DNA of 64,000 nucleotides. Source: Chrysomallon squamiferum (Eukaryota; Animalia; Mollusca). How positions within the stretch are numbered: position 1 is the first letter of the stretch; each line of letters opens with the position of its first letter. Where the stretch lies: positions 9,486,001 to 9,550,000 of the forward strand of contig CM022665.1 of assembly GCA_012295275.1 (NCBI GenBank), written 5' to 3'. Made by a program: the position numbers and the translations under genes. The notes beneath the pieces were generated by a model, which was not told where the DNA came from, did no database searches, and was given only the letters and a program-made list of their open reading frames with translations. Of the stretch, positions 1-13,400 are shown in pieces.

Positions 1-8
1 AAGATTAA

Positions 9-78
<70 letters not shown>

Positions 79-149
79 TTTTTATTTTATTTTATTTTAT
101 TTTATTATTATTAGTGTTAAATTGTAGAAAACGTTTTTATGATTTTCAG

Positions 150-314
150 ATCTGCTCTTGGTTGGTTACGCTTTTTGTTCTATCTCAGTGTGCAGTTTGC
201 ATCAAACTTCTCCACAGTGAATACAGTTCTGATGACGTAACAGAAGAAGCAAATCGCCTAGTTGACGTGGAAGAGAATCCGCAGGAAAAAAAGGGAATAA
301 ATATCCACGAATGA
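150..314 (+). CDS. Terminal coding exon of an unidentified gene entering from the left (hydrophobic segment followed by an acidic tail)
   Basis: Acceptor ttttcag|A at 149/150; open frame ICSWLVTLFVLSQCAVCIKLLHSEYSSDDVTEEANRLVDVEENPQEKKGINIHE to TGA at 312-314; higher GC than the flanks. Family not recognised. Confidence 0.6.
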   Translation: MCSWLVTLFVLSQCAVCIKLLHSEYSSDDVTEEANRLVDVEENPQEKKGINIHE

Positions 315-832
315 AATCTCCGTGTAGACAAAGAATCAAGGAATAAATCCCCAATTAGACAAGGAATGAAATCTTTAAACAGAGAAGCATGGAGATCCTT
401 AAGCAAACACAGAAAATAAATCTCCTTTTGAATAATATATATATATATATATATATATGGACAATGAACAATAGTGGATACAATATGATTCTTTGATTAT
501 ATTTATGTAATGATTCCGAGGATATCAAGATATGAAAATTTAAATAAATTTTAAAAATTTTAAAATTTGTTTTCCATAAATTACTATGCACCGGAAATTT
601 GTATTTTATACTGTATTTTATTTCATTCATTTCATAAAATTACTGAATAAAAATGTATTGATATGACATCACTGCATAATCTTTGTGTATAACTAATGAT
701 AACTGTTATTATCGTGTTGATATAGATCAGTGTTGGTGTTACTTATAACAGAAACAACTTAATAATGAAAGATAACTGCATAAATTCAACTGCTCGTTTC
801 ACTAGACCTAAAACCTGATTTTGGACAGAAAT

Positions 833-871
<39 letters not shown>

Positions 872-970
872 TAAATAAATAAATGTACAAAAACAAACTT
901 TGTACAGCTTTACCATATATTCTCCTTTTAATAATAATGATGATGATGATGATAATGATGATGATGGCGA

Positions 971-1015
<45 letters not shown>

Positions 1016-1197
1016 AATAAATAAATAATATAAATCAGTTTCCCCTGAAAGAGTTATGAACGATAAAAACCTTAAATTTATGGAAACTGATTTCTTGTAC
1101 ATGAATATGCTTATTAAATATCTCATATTAAATATCTGATGTACATCATTACCGTAACGAATGTGCCATCTTGTCAGTTACGTATTTGTATCTATAC

Positions 1198-1258
1198 AGG
1201 TCATCACAAATACCGTCGATTTAGGTCAGGTCATAGCAAATACCGTCGAGTTAGGTCA
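1198..1258. repeat. 30-bp tandem duplication (aggtcatcacaaataccgtcgatttaggtc / aggtcatagcaaataccgtcgagttaggtc)
   Basis: Two copies with three mismatches. Confidence 0.75.
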
Positions 1259-3663
1259 TCTGCAGCGTACATATTACTAGGCTTAAGGTTTTTACAGGCA
1301 TTGTTAAAACAGTACACTAAACACCCGATTAGACTCATAGATATCAATATTTCATTAAGATCTTTAGAAACTCAGTATTCAAACGATTTCGTATCTCTGC
1401 TGAGAGTTTGAAATTTTACATTTTCTACTTAAGCAACATTTTACCCAATTTAGCTACCGTTATATATATATTGCTTATTGTTTCTTTTACAGTAATGGAT
1501 GGACAAATGCGTTAGTGCGTGCGTGTGCGTGTCACTATGTTTGCTAAAACAGATTTGAAAAAAATATATAGCAATTAAAATGCATTTCAAGTTATTTGAT
1601 AAAATCCTAATTTAAAAAAAAAAAAAAAAAAACTTTTTAATTTTTTTTTTTTATATACTACCAGTTAATCTTCTTTGTGGTGTACATTACTAAATGAACC
1701 GGTCCTGCAACTAGTCGTGGATTTAAAATCAAATAAATTTGGAAACCCAAACAGTGATTTCTTAACTGACTGAACTTACAGGAAACAAAATTAACAAGAT
1801 CCAAAAATTTTACATTTATGAATATAATAAGGCCATATCAATGTAAAGAAATTTTAATAAATTAGTCTTAGGCATTTAAGTCATAATAATAACACACACA
1901 CACACACACATACATGTACACATGTATATTTAAATAAAAAGACTATCAGAGTTTAATTCAGTTTGTTAGCTTGTAACTGAATGACTATAAATACAAGATC
2001 AATGATGCCATTTGTTAATGTGTTTAATATTTTCAAATTTTCAACTTAATGTTATCAGTTATTTAGATCTTTACACTTCACCTAATAAATATGTTTTAAG
2101 ATGTAAGTTATTATCAGGGTCACAACAACATGTGGATAACATATATCTGTTGATATTTCACAGTATATAAATTAGCTCTGGAATTTATCAACAAATATTT
2201 TCTAAACACTTCTTGGAAGTTGAAACATAATTATTTATGCCAGAGGAATATTTACCTATTTTTGATTTTCACATATCAGTTTAAGCTTTGACTAATAGTT
2301 TGTAACTTAAGACATAACCAATATTAATTTTATTTATTAGTTATACATAAAGTTCTTAATGCTGCAACAGAAATCAGTACTTTACTCCAGTAATAAACAC
2401 TGTCGGTGAAGTCAATTAATTTCATGGATATATTCCTTTTCTGTTTCAGAGGAAATAAACAAATTCATCAGTAAAATGAAGAAATACAAAGAAAATTACA
2501 AGTAAATTGTTTTCAAAATATATTTATTGATAACTACACTGGACTGACAAAATACAACTAAAACAGTTATCTTTTTAAGTACATTTAAAAAAACCCAGTA
2601 AGTCTAATGTATCACAGATATATGTCTTACAGATTCATAATGTGTAAATCACAAATTTCTTCATCTGTATTCAAAGCATTTGGTAGTTTTTGCTTTAAGA
2701 GCTGAGTGAAAAAAATGAATTTGCTAATCAGAGCAAAAGTCACATTCTCTGACAAAGCCAGGGAACAGAATTTAAGTAGCTCCTGATGTTCCAGTTTATA
2801 TCTTCATGATAATTTTCTGAGGCAAAATTAAAAATTAAATGTTTTATAATTTAATTTTTTTTTTATATTTAACTCAATGTATGCCACCCAAGCAAGTGAA
2901 TACATGTCAAAAAAAACAAAACAAAAACAATAACCAAAACTTCAAACAAGAAACAAAGAAGAACCATAACTTAGAAGCTAAAGTAAGAAAATTTACCAGC
3001 TTTGTCATAACAAGTTGCTCAAAAATGAAAATGAAATAAGGAAGATGATGAAGAAATCCCTGCCTCTTACTTTACCCTCAAAGGACTTGATAGGTTTTTT
3101 AACACATAGAAAAAAATCATTAAAACTTTTGCGTCACAAGATTTAAATGACAAGTGAAACAGAAAGGATACTGGATATTTAGAATTCTTTTTGTTTGTTA
3201 TTGGCAAATTTATAAAGAAAAGAAAATACAGTGTTGGGAATAGACAACTTTTGAACTACTCCAAAGTGACCAAAATTAACTGTACGTTACAATTTTTTGA
3301 AAGAAGTGCTTGTTTTTTTGTTTTGTTTTTTAAATGTGCTTATGGTTTTGATTAAATGTTAATCATAATAATATGTTTGTGCTTCTTTTGTATATCTATA
3401 AAAAATTTACGATAAAAATATTTTGGCTCAAACCAAAGTGATAATTTTTACATTTTTATAGGAAAATATCCCCTGCTTTCAAGTTCATGCTTAACAAATA
3501 ACAGTTTGGAATGAATTAGCTCAAAGTTGAGAGATGCCTGTATTACTTAGTTATTTATTTATTTTACTTTTTTTTTTTTGCTTGTATGGCATGTATGAAT
3601 ACTTTAATAAACTGTAAATTTAAAAACCAACAAGAAGTAATCTGTATAATTTATAATATTTAT

Positions 3664-3800
3664 ATATGAATATATGTATGCATGTAAATATGAATGTATG
3701 TATGCACGTAAATATGAATGTATGTATGCATGCAAATATGAATGTATGTATGCATGTAAATATGTATGTATGCTATGTATATATGCATGCATGTATGTAG
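3664..3800. repeat. 24-bp tandem repeat (atatgaatgtatgtatgcatgtaa)n, ~5 copies
   Basis: Visible periodicity; explains the repetitive ORFs 3604-3867 and 3674-3904. Confidence 0.8.
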
Positions 3801-4176
3801 TACGATTGACAATTTTAGTTGTTCTGTGTATGTATGTATGTATTAGAATTTCTTTTATTTTAACCAAATTTGTAAGAAAAGGAACAGAATGTCTTGTATT
3901 TTAACTAGTTGAATCTGACTATGTTTGTATGTGTAGGAGAATCTGTGTGTATTTAAATATAACTAAACTGATTATTACTATCATTACAATATTTAAAAGC
4001 TAAGTATCCAATTATAACAATAAAAAAATATATATATGTAAAATATGTTATGTTTAAGCTAAAATACAAATAAATTAAATTGTCTTCTAGAATGAAGAAC
4101 AAATCTATGCTATGAAGGTCAGTGACTCTGTGTGATGATATTTGAGATAGTTTTTTTTATCAACTTGCACTGTTCA

Positions 4177-4386
4177 TCAGCTTTCTGCACAGGTTATCTG
4201 CAAATGTAAATAAATACAGAGTAAAATACACTCAACAAGAATTCTGTAACTAGTTATTTCTATTCTGAAAGAACATATTTGCCTTGAAATCAGATTGGAA
4301 TAACTGGTTCAAACAATTCCAAATTATTTTGGTATATACATAATCAAAACATGTATTGACTCTCAGAGGTTCCTACACAAAACACC

Positions 4387-4425
<39 letters not shown>

Positions 4426-7400
4426 ATGCATACACATATGCACATGCACACACACACAATATATATATATACATTCTGTCTGAGTGTGTGTATTATCTGA
4501 TTGATATTTTTCCAGTTCTAAATAAGAAAATACACTTACATTTGTTGGTTTCTGTAGACAGTGAGGTCCAATGACACTGAAGGAAACCTCTTTGAGGTCA
4601 AATGGTGTAAAAGCAATGTCTGATGAAAGAAGAGCTGCCACTGTGCACTTTCTTTCACGTTTCACTTGATTGAAGTGATATATGTGTTCATGACGTTTCT
4701 GAAACAGATATTAAATAGTATTAAAAACTAATTACTCATGTGAAATATATATATATATATATTGTGTGTGTAATCACTCACACACATACGCACATTGTTT
4801 TGCACTGAAGAAGTAAATAACCTAGAATGGAGATTAATATTCTTTATAAAATGTTTGAACATAACAATGTAAATTTTAGTGAATTTGTGTATGTGGGTCT
4901 GTGTGTACTTTTTGCAAATTACACCTTGATTAGTTTTAAAGGGAAAAGAAAAATTATTAAAAAGGATATATAAATATATTATGATTTTATCATACTTTTT
5001 GCCAAAACAAAATAAACCCCACCCCTGTAAAATAAGAGAAAGATTACAAATAAATAAATAAATAAATAAACAAATAGAATCACCTGGTCATTGTCTGTAT
5101 CCCCTGTTTTGTATTTGGGCAGGCATCCAATATGGACGACTGGATAAACAGTCTCCATAAAGACTTGTTTAAATAAATTTTTCATATACTCTTCATCCCT
5201 CTGCAACAAAAATAACAGTAAACTATTAAAAAATATAACTCATAATATAAACATGTTAACAGTTTCTAAAACTAAACACTACTACTGAGTAAAATCTCAG
5301 AAGAAAAAAAATATACAGAAAGAAAAAATTAACGATTACAAATTCCAGAGAAATAAAAAAAAAAAAAAATAATAAAATAAAAAAATAAAAGATGAATGAT
5401 TCTAAACTTCAGAGCAGTAAATGATTTGAAAGTAATTGTACAATAAGATCAGTTTAATGGGTGAAATCTATGGATAATTAATGATAACTGAATTGTGACA
5501 TTCAGCTGTTTTTGTCTTCATTGTAATATTCAACACATCTAATTAGATAAGGGCAATCTAAATTTATATAAATATAACATATGTAAATGGGGTTACTAAT
5601 GGGCCTTTTTACTGCTGGTGAAAATTTAACTAGTATAATAAATTAGAACATTTTTGTTAAAACATATTTAATTACTCCTGTCCATATTTTATTGAAGTAA
5701 GTATTTTAAGTTAAAGAAAACTGCTATTATACATTTTTAATATATTAAGTTTTTTAAATGAAAGGATTTATTATGAGGTAAATAAATAAATATATAATAT
5801 AATATAATATAATATAATAATAACTCTTGGTTAAATTAATAGAAATATGCACATACACTTGTCATTTTCACTGTAGTTGATATAATCATAAACAATTAAC
5901 AAATTACATAAGCTATTCAGTTTGAAATCTTAGTATGAGTTTAATATTTGACTCGTTCCATTATTAAATGGAATATTTTGTTGTATTATAGTGAAAATAT
6001 CTGGGAATTCTAGTATTTAAGTCAGTGGGTTAATCATGTACAAAACCAGGTGTGTTGTGTTTGTTAAGAGGGATTGATTTCAAAGGTTTTGTGAGGGGTG
6101 TGGGAAAAATTGTCATAATGGTGCATTTTTGATAACTAACATTAAATTTGTTTTATTAATTTATTACATAAAGAAACATGTTCCTTTTTTATTTTTTATT
6201 ATTATCATTAAGATTCATAGTCTAATTTTTGCCAAAATTTAGAGTTCTGAAATACAATTTTCATTCATTTTTTTTTTCCCTTAGTACAAAACATTAAAAT
6301 ATACTCCAATGAAACCTGTGGCCTATTCACGTTTGTACACTGACCAGAATGAATAAAATTAAGTAAAATCTTCCAAGCCTAAATGTTTCTTTATCATTCT
6401 TGCTTTTTATGTTTCATATGTTTATACTAATTAAACTATATGCAGTTTAAGAAATAAAGTTAGTTTTAAATGATGTGTAAACTGTGGATACAGATAAACA
6501 AAAAGTGACAAAAAAACACAGGTAAACAAAGATATAATTATATTTATAATACTCACTCTGTCCTATAAAACAAAATGTGAAAACAAAATATTAAAAGAAT
6601 AAAATGAAACAAGTATGATAAAAATGTTAAGTAATTGTTATTGAATAACAGAGTATATAGTCAAATTAATCAGTGCATTTAATGAAGATGAATTACAACT
6701 GAAAAGAGAGAATAAAAGTGTTTTATTTAAGATAAATAAAACCTGGCTTTAAAATTAAACTAAACCACAAATATGCTTTGTAATGTGAATGGAAATAAAA
6801 AAAAAAAAAAAATAGATAAGTCAGTCACTGATGTTTAATAATGAAAATATGTCTTTTTTAAAATCAGATTTAAAATTTTATTTTTGCATGGCTTTTGTAA
6901 TGAACAATAATTATGACTTATAAGAGGGAAATTGTTGCTGCTATGTTCAGTGACTAGCAAGAGATCTTATCTACTTTTGTATTTTTCCATAAAATACTTA
7001 ACTGAAGATTATAACTTTCAAATCCCTAAGTCATAGTATTATGGATTAACAAAAACAACCCCCACAAAAAATCACAGTTGCTATTAAATTAATTTTTATT
7101 TTTCAAAAATTATTAGTTTAAATGAGAATATTTTCTTCTTCTTTTTTTTTCTTTTGTGTGTGTGTGTGTATTTTATAAAAATAAAAATAAAAAGATTGTA
7201 AAAATAATAAATAATATTATTATTGTTATTATTAATATAGATTTTTTTGTTATTATTAATTTTAATGACATTACAAAATACCAATTTTGAAAATTATATT
7301 AAAAGAAAGCTTTGTACATAAAACATAAATAAGACCAGCCATGCTAGAGAAAAACATAAAACAATTTAGCAAAGAGCCCATGCCATAAGGATTTAAATTA

Positions 7401-10400
7401 ATATTTCCATTGTCTGATTAGGATTCAAGTTTGCCAAAACACAGACTTAATAAATGAAAAAATAAAAATTGTCTAACTTTAGGCAGAATCAGTGATTTAG
7501 AATATAATGAATTTAGTGATATATTAATTTAAGATTTGTTTTTAAATATCAAGGAATTTCAACATTCATATAAACAAATTTAAAAGAAAATCCTAGTTAA
7601 AGTTTAATTAAATATTTTTGAATTTGGTATTTAATTAAACATGCAAAATAATAGCATTAAAATTAAAGAAAAGAAAAGAAAAAAATCATGCTTTATACTA
7701 ATACTTTCATTCATCTTTTTTCCTCTTATTACCACTCACAACACACACACACACGCATTTCTTCCACTAACTTGTATTGGGAATAAACAGTAAACAACTT
7801 TTATCACACATTTTGATTCATCTTTTAAGCCAGTGACTTTAATAGTGACAGGTCCTGGATTTTTATTTCTTACACAAAGGTAACAGATAGGTGGATGATC
7901 ATTAATCTCTGTTTTTAACTATTGTACACACTACCATTAAAAATTTTGACAAAAAACCAAAGTTTCTGTTCCAGATACATGTTAATTTTCTGAATATGGA
8001 AAACTGTTCCAAATATTTGATTGACCCTATAAATTTTACAATACGAGACATTTTCTTTTTGTCTCATTATACTGACAATGCTTCAGTGGAATAATGTTGT
8101 GGAGGGACTGTTGTTGATTTTAAAGAGCCAATTTATGTTGTTGTTTATGTATATTAATGTCATTAAAATATAAATGTAAATAATAATGAAAATACTAATT
8201 ATTTTAAATAACTTTTTTTTTTTTAATGAAAATGACATTGTTTGATAGTGATGTCCACATCAGAATTCAAACCAAGTGCTAACACTGGTCCACAAATTAC
8301 AAATGGTACACTCATATTTTACCCTGGCATAGTAAGAGGAGGTGGGGCTACATGACAGATTTCCAAATTTTGTGTTGCTGTACGCCTTGATCCAACAATA
8401 AAAATAAGAAAAGCCATATGAAACACTTTTCAAAATATTTTAAGGGAGAAGAAACAATACTGAAAATAATTTAATAAAGATTTCAAATTTTTTATTTAAA
8501 ATGAACCTAACAAAAAGAAAAATTAAGTAATAAGAAGAAAACGTTAATATTTTAATTTGTGAATCTGACCAGATATTTGATTCTAAAATAATTAATATAT
8601 TCTACTTAAATAGTTACTGTATCACAATGAAGCCAGCAAACCAGAGAAAAAGAAACAGAGATTCATCACAGGAAAATTTACATTAATTACAATAGGCAGT
8701 CAACAACCTGGTACCAATGCATGCAGTACAAAACCTGATACAAAAGATTCACAGTAACACTGGAATATGATATATCGATATACCCAACATTTACTAATAA
8801 AAACAAATTACCAATCGACTGCTGTAGGAAAATAAAACTATCTGTAACACACAAAAATAAAAGAAACAAACATCTGTGATATAGTCAATAGTCATAATAG
8901 AATTGACAAAAAGATCTAGTAACAAAAGATTTAAAAAAAAAATGTATATGGATAATTCAAAGAGGGACAGTATGATTAAAAACCTTCCTTTTGATTATTC
9001 AGAATAAACTAAAATAAAACAAAATAAACAATAATGTAATAAAAATTGCAAAGCTCAACATACCTTGTTTTGAAAATGTTACTGTATCTTTAATCAACAT
9101 AATATTTTTTTCAGAAAAGAATCATAACAAGCAAAATAACACCGATTCATTTTAAAACCTTTTTTTTAAAATTATAAAATTTTACCTTCTGAGATCTCTC
9201 AACTGTTTTCAACTTCTCAAGCCATCCCATCTAAAAATAAATATTAAATATGTCAGAAAATTTTAATTTTGTTATCTTTTCATTCAGAATAGCATATTAA
9301 ATCTGCATTTATTTACTGTTAATTCAGTAATAAAAAAAAAAAAAAGAAGAAAAAAAGGATATTATTTGTTTATTTTCACTGCAATTTTATTTTATTCTAG
9401 TGCTGTTTTGTTGGCAAAGGTTGACTTTTAAAAACAAATAAACCACTGGTTTTGTATAATTGTTATTTTATCAGTTCATCATCAGTGCACTTGAGGTAAA
9501 AAAAACAACAACCAAAAACTGAACTTTCACTACCAACAGTGTTTTCTGTTGTTCAAGAATATTTAGATACCTTCTATGTGATGCTTAATCAAATAACAAT
9601 AAATATGAAAATGAATGTCCTTATTTCCACACATTTTTATCAAACACAAAATGGCTTTTTAAAAGGCTAAGAAGATGCTTTAAAATCAGCAAAATGATGT
9701 TTTGATAATCATATGCAAGAAGGCCATTCCTTGACTTTAATAGTAAAAAGTCCTGGAATCACATTTGTAACACAGGTAATAAGGGAGGTGGGAAAAATCA
9801 TTAAACCATGTTTCTGATCCTATAACATGCAATATCAAACTAACATTAATATAGTCTTATGTATGTTCAAAATAAATAAGCTTGAATTTTCAGTGGATGG
9901 TAGTTTGGTTGACTGGATCGATTTTACAACTTCTAACCATCTTGTAATTATGCCAGTTATGATTAATTATAAATTCATACTCGAAATGTTGTCATCAAAT
10001 CAGACTCATCTGCAACTCTAGGAAATGTTGACAAAAGTGGGCTGTGAACAAGTTCTGAAACAAAACACATAATTCAGCTTTACTCATAACAAACTAAAGT
10101 TTATTTTTATATCCTGTTATAAATATAAGCAGTAGAAAAATTAACAAAATTATTTTAACATACCAGAGAAATAACAAATATTTTTCCTTTTCAGAAATCA
10201 ATAAAATATTTAAAGAAGTAACAATATTGCTGTATTTATTTAAATTTTATTTTACTATTATTTTTTTTTACCATTTTGCATATTTTAAAATGTTTTTTTA
10301 TTCAAATAGTAATATATAAAATAAATACAAGCTTTAAAATTATATAGCACCTTTTGTTATTCTATGATACAAAATGATGTTGGTAAACTACACAACATAA

Positions 10401-13400
10401 AATACCAGTAAAGTACACAATACAAAATATTCATACAAGATGCTAAATTCCTTATTAATTATAATCTGTCAAATGATACAAATGGAGATAAACACTATGA
10501 AAAACACTGATACTATGGATGAATGAATGAAAAAGAAAAATACCTGTGGAATCTAAGTCAAAGTCAATCCTATCTCTGAGAAGCACGTCAGCCAAGATCT
10601 GTCTGTAGTAGTTGAAGAATGGAAGAACGGCAGTGTTACCAATGATAACTGCAGGGAGAGCGCTAATCCAAAAAGAAATAACAGGAAAATTATAAAAACA
10701 AGAAATATCACAAAACATTTACACATTACGAATTTGGAGGTTATACTGATGAATGTATGTATATTTAACTTAACAACATATTTTTAAACTATTGTTTTAT
10801 TACATCATACTGTTAAGGGCTATTCAAAATAACAATAAAATAAACATATCTCACCATCTTCCCAAAAGCATACACATGTACATAATGTTTTTACTAAACA
10901 GCACAATGACAGCATTATAAAGGAATGATCATGCAATCAATCACTTAAAAAAACTGAATTTGTACATTACACAAAGCTGTCTGACAATAATTTTGATTAC
11001 AAGATCAGAGATGAGCTGCATTGAAACATAAACAACAACATAGCACTTTTCCAGGCAGTGCTGACTGCCAGAAATCTAACATACATGAAAAGTACCAGCT
11101 GACTTATCCTGGTATGTATAATTATCCATACTCTGTTAATGATCTCCTGAAGGTTAATACTTACTCAAGTAATGTTTTCTGTTCAGTTTTTGGAGATGAA
11201 ATCCTCACAACCAGTCGGGGCTGTTTGTTTCCAGATATCAGAGATATGAAAGTGTTTGTGCTTGCTAAGAAAAACAAATAGAATTTTTTTTTTAAATTAC
11301 ATCCACTACCACTTTCTCTGAATCTACCTGTAAGTTTCATCTTAAACATTTTTGAATTCGTCAAACATGATGTAATAGAGACTGCAAACTGACAAAATTT
11401 CTTATTCAGTACTTTGATAAACTGGCAGTAATGTGTCAAATATAGGTTTTTATATTGCCTATCACTTCAGAAATTACTACACTGTGTAAATATAATAATT
11501 CTCAGACACTAACTTCTTCGACTGATGCTTGGATCCACTTCTACACCTTTCTCATAGGGTGTCCCTCCATTAACATACATATTGAAAGTCCTAAAAAAAA
11601 AAAACAGACTATGTACAAACACTTTCCAGTATCTTCAATAACTAAATACATGTTTTTTTTTTAACATGTAGTACAATTCTTAGATTTTTGAAATTCAAAT
11701 CAGTAGAGAGATCTTATTAATTATAATACTCGTTAACTTCAAAGCACCATCTAAATTTTATGTTTCTTTTTGCAGTTCCAGAATGTTATTTACTGTATGT
11801 ATGTATATTACTAAAATTATTGTGTTATTTATTAACTGTCTCTAAAACTGTTGAATTTACTTCAGGTGTATTCAGTTATTAAACGGTTTTCTCTATTAGT
11901 TATTCTTCTACATTATATATAAATTATTATTTTTAATTTATCATTTAGATATCAAAATATCTTTCAACATTCCATATAACACATAGACTTTGTTTATAAT
12001 CAAACACAAACTTGTTAGGAATGAAGCCACCTTCATCATCTAGAAGAGGAAGATGTACCCAGCCACAGCTGAATTCATCTTTTTCTGCAGTACTCTACAA
12101 AATAATGTGAAAATAAAATATCTATTTCAATTAAGTTCTATTATAATTTGCAAAAAAGACCAGTGTTTGACAAAAGTATCAGCTGCAATACAAATTTCAA
12201 AATTATGAGAGAAAAAAGTATGTTTGTATCTGTGTGTTATGTATTTTATGCACCACTGTGTATCAGTGTTATTAACATTATTATTATTAATCAGTGTAGC
12301 AACAAAAATCTATCTCACCCGGACTAGTTTAATTCTTTATTTTTATCTACATTTTTTCATAATTTCATTGATTATATAAACTCATCTTCTAAATTTATTA
12401 TTATTTTAATCCCCAAGATAAAGGAATTAAAATGTTAACAAAATATTGTAGAACTAAATGGATTTCTGCATATAAAGCATTTCCCAATTTTAAAGCTTTA
12501 CAAGCATGAGATATATTTATGTGCATTTTTAAAAATCATTATTTACCCCCCAATTTTTTTTTTTAAATTTGACATTTTATTGTTTTTCATTCTTTTATTT
12601 ATTATTATTATTATTTTTTATTTTTTATTTTTTGTGAAAGGCAGTAAATTGAAATTATTGACTTAAAACAAAATGGTACTGAAGAAACATAAAAACAGTT
12701 TTAAAAATTACAAATAAACAAAAAACAAAAAATACAATAAAAATAAAAATAAAAAAATCAGATTAGTACACAACTGAAAAAGGAGATTGCGACAGGTTTT
12801 TTGTATTTTTTTTTTTTTTTTTGATTCTTTTATTATTATTATATAATAACATTTTCTAGTTGATAATTTCATTCTGGTGGATAAAAAATATGATTAATTG
12901 CTGTTGGTTTTCTTTTTCCACTTCAGCAATTATGATAATGCACTGTAAATTCAAAATTAAGATTAAGGCAGAAAAGAAATAATGAAAACAAAACAACTGA
13001 AAATAAAACAATTCACCTCTGTTCCGTACTAAAACAAGTGTTATATAAACATAACTGTTACCTTTCTCAAATGTATTAAAATTTCGTCCCTTTTCTACAA
13101 TGTTGAAAAATAAATTAATTAATTAAAAATAAACCTTTCTTGAATTCTTAGTACTAGAAATTATTCTTGATTTTATTTTTGATATGAAAATGGTATGTAT
13201 GAATTTGAATTCAACTAGACATCATTTAGGAAAAAAAAACCTGAGGAATGTATATATCAGTAAAACAGATTTGAAAATGATATATGGCAGGTAATGAGAA
13301 ATATTTTTATCCTTTTTTATAAGGGACAAAGTCTAGCTAACCAGACCCTCATATGTTTATCTGTATATATCTATCTATATATAATTAGATATAGATCAGA

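Noticed and set aside
743-1126. 127-aa ORF and the many similar ORFs (for example 15382-15666, 22600-22824 on +, 24089-24445, 41307-41498, 62967-63361)
   Set aside because: They translate microsatellites or AT-rich introns (poly-I, Y, F, L, YLSI repeats), or are the antisense reading of a real exon (22600-22824 is the NPHP1 poly-E exon read on the wrong strand).
12319-12323. tag|TCCGG|gtgaga micro-exon-like motif on the - strand
   Set aside because: It is 5 nt, so frameshifting, and the upstream sequence is purine-rich with no polypyrimidine tract.
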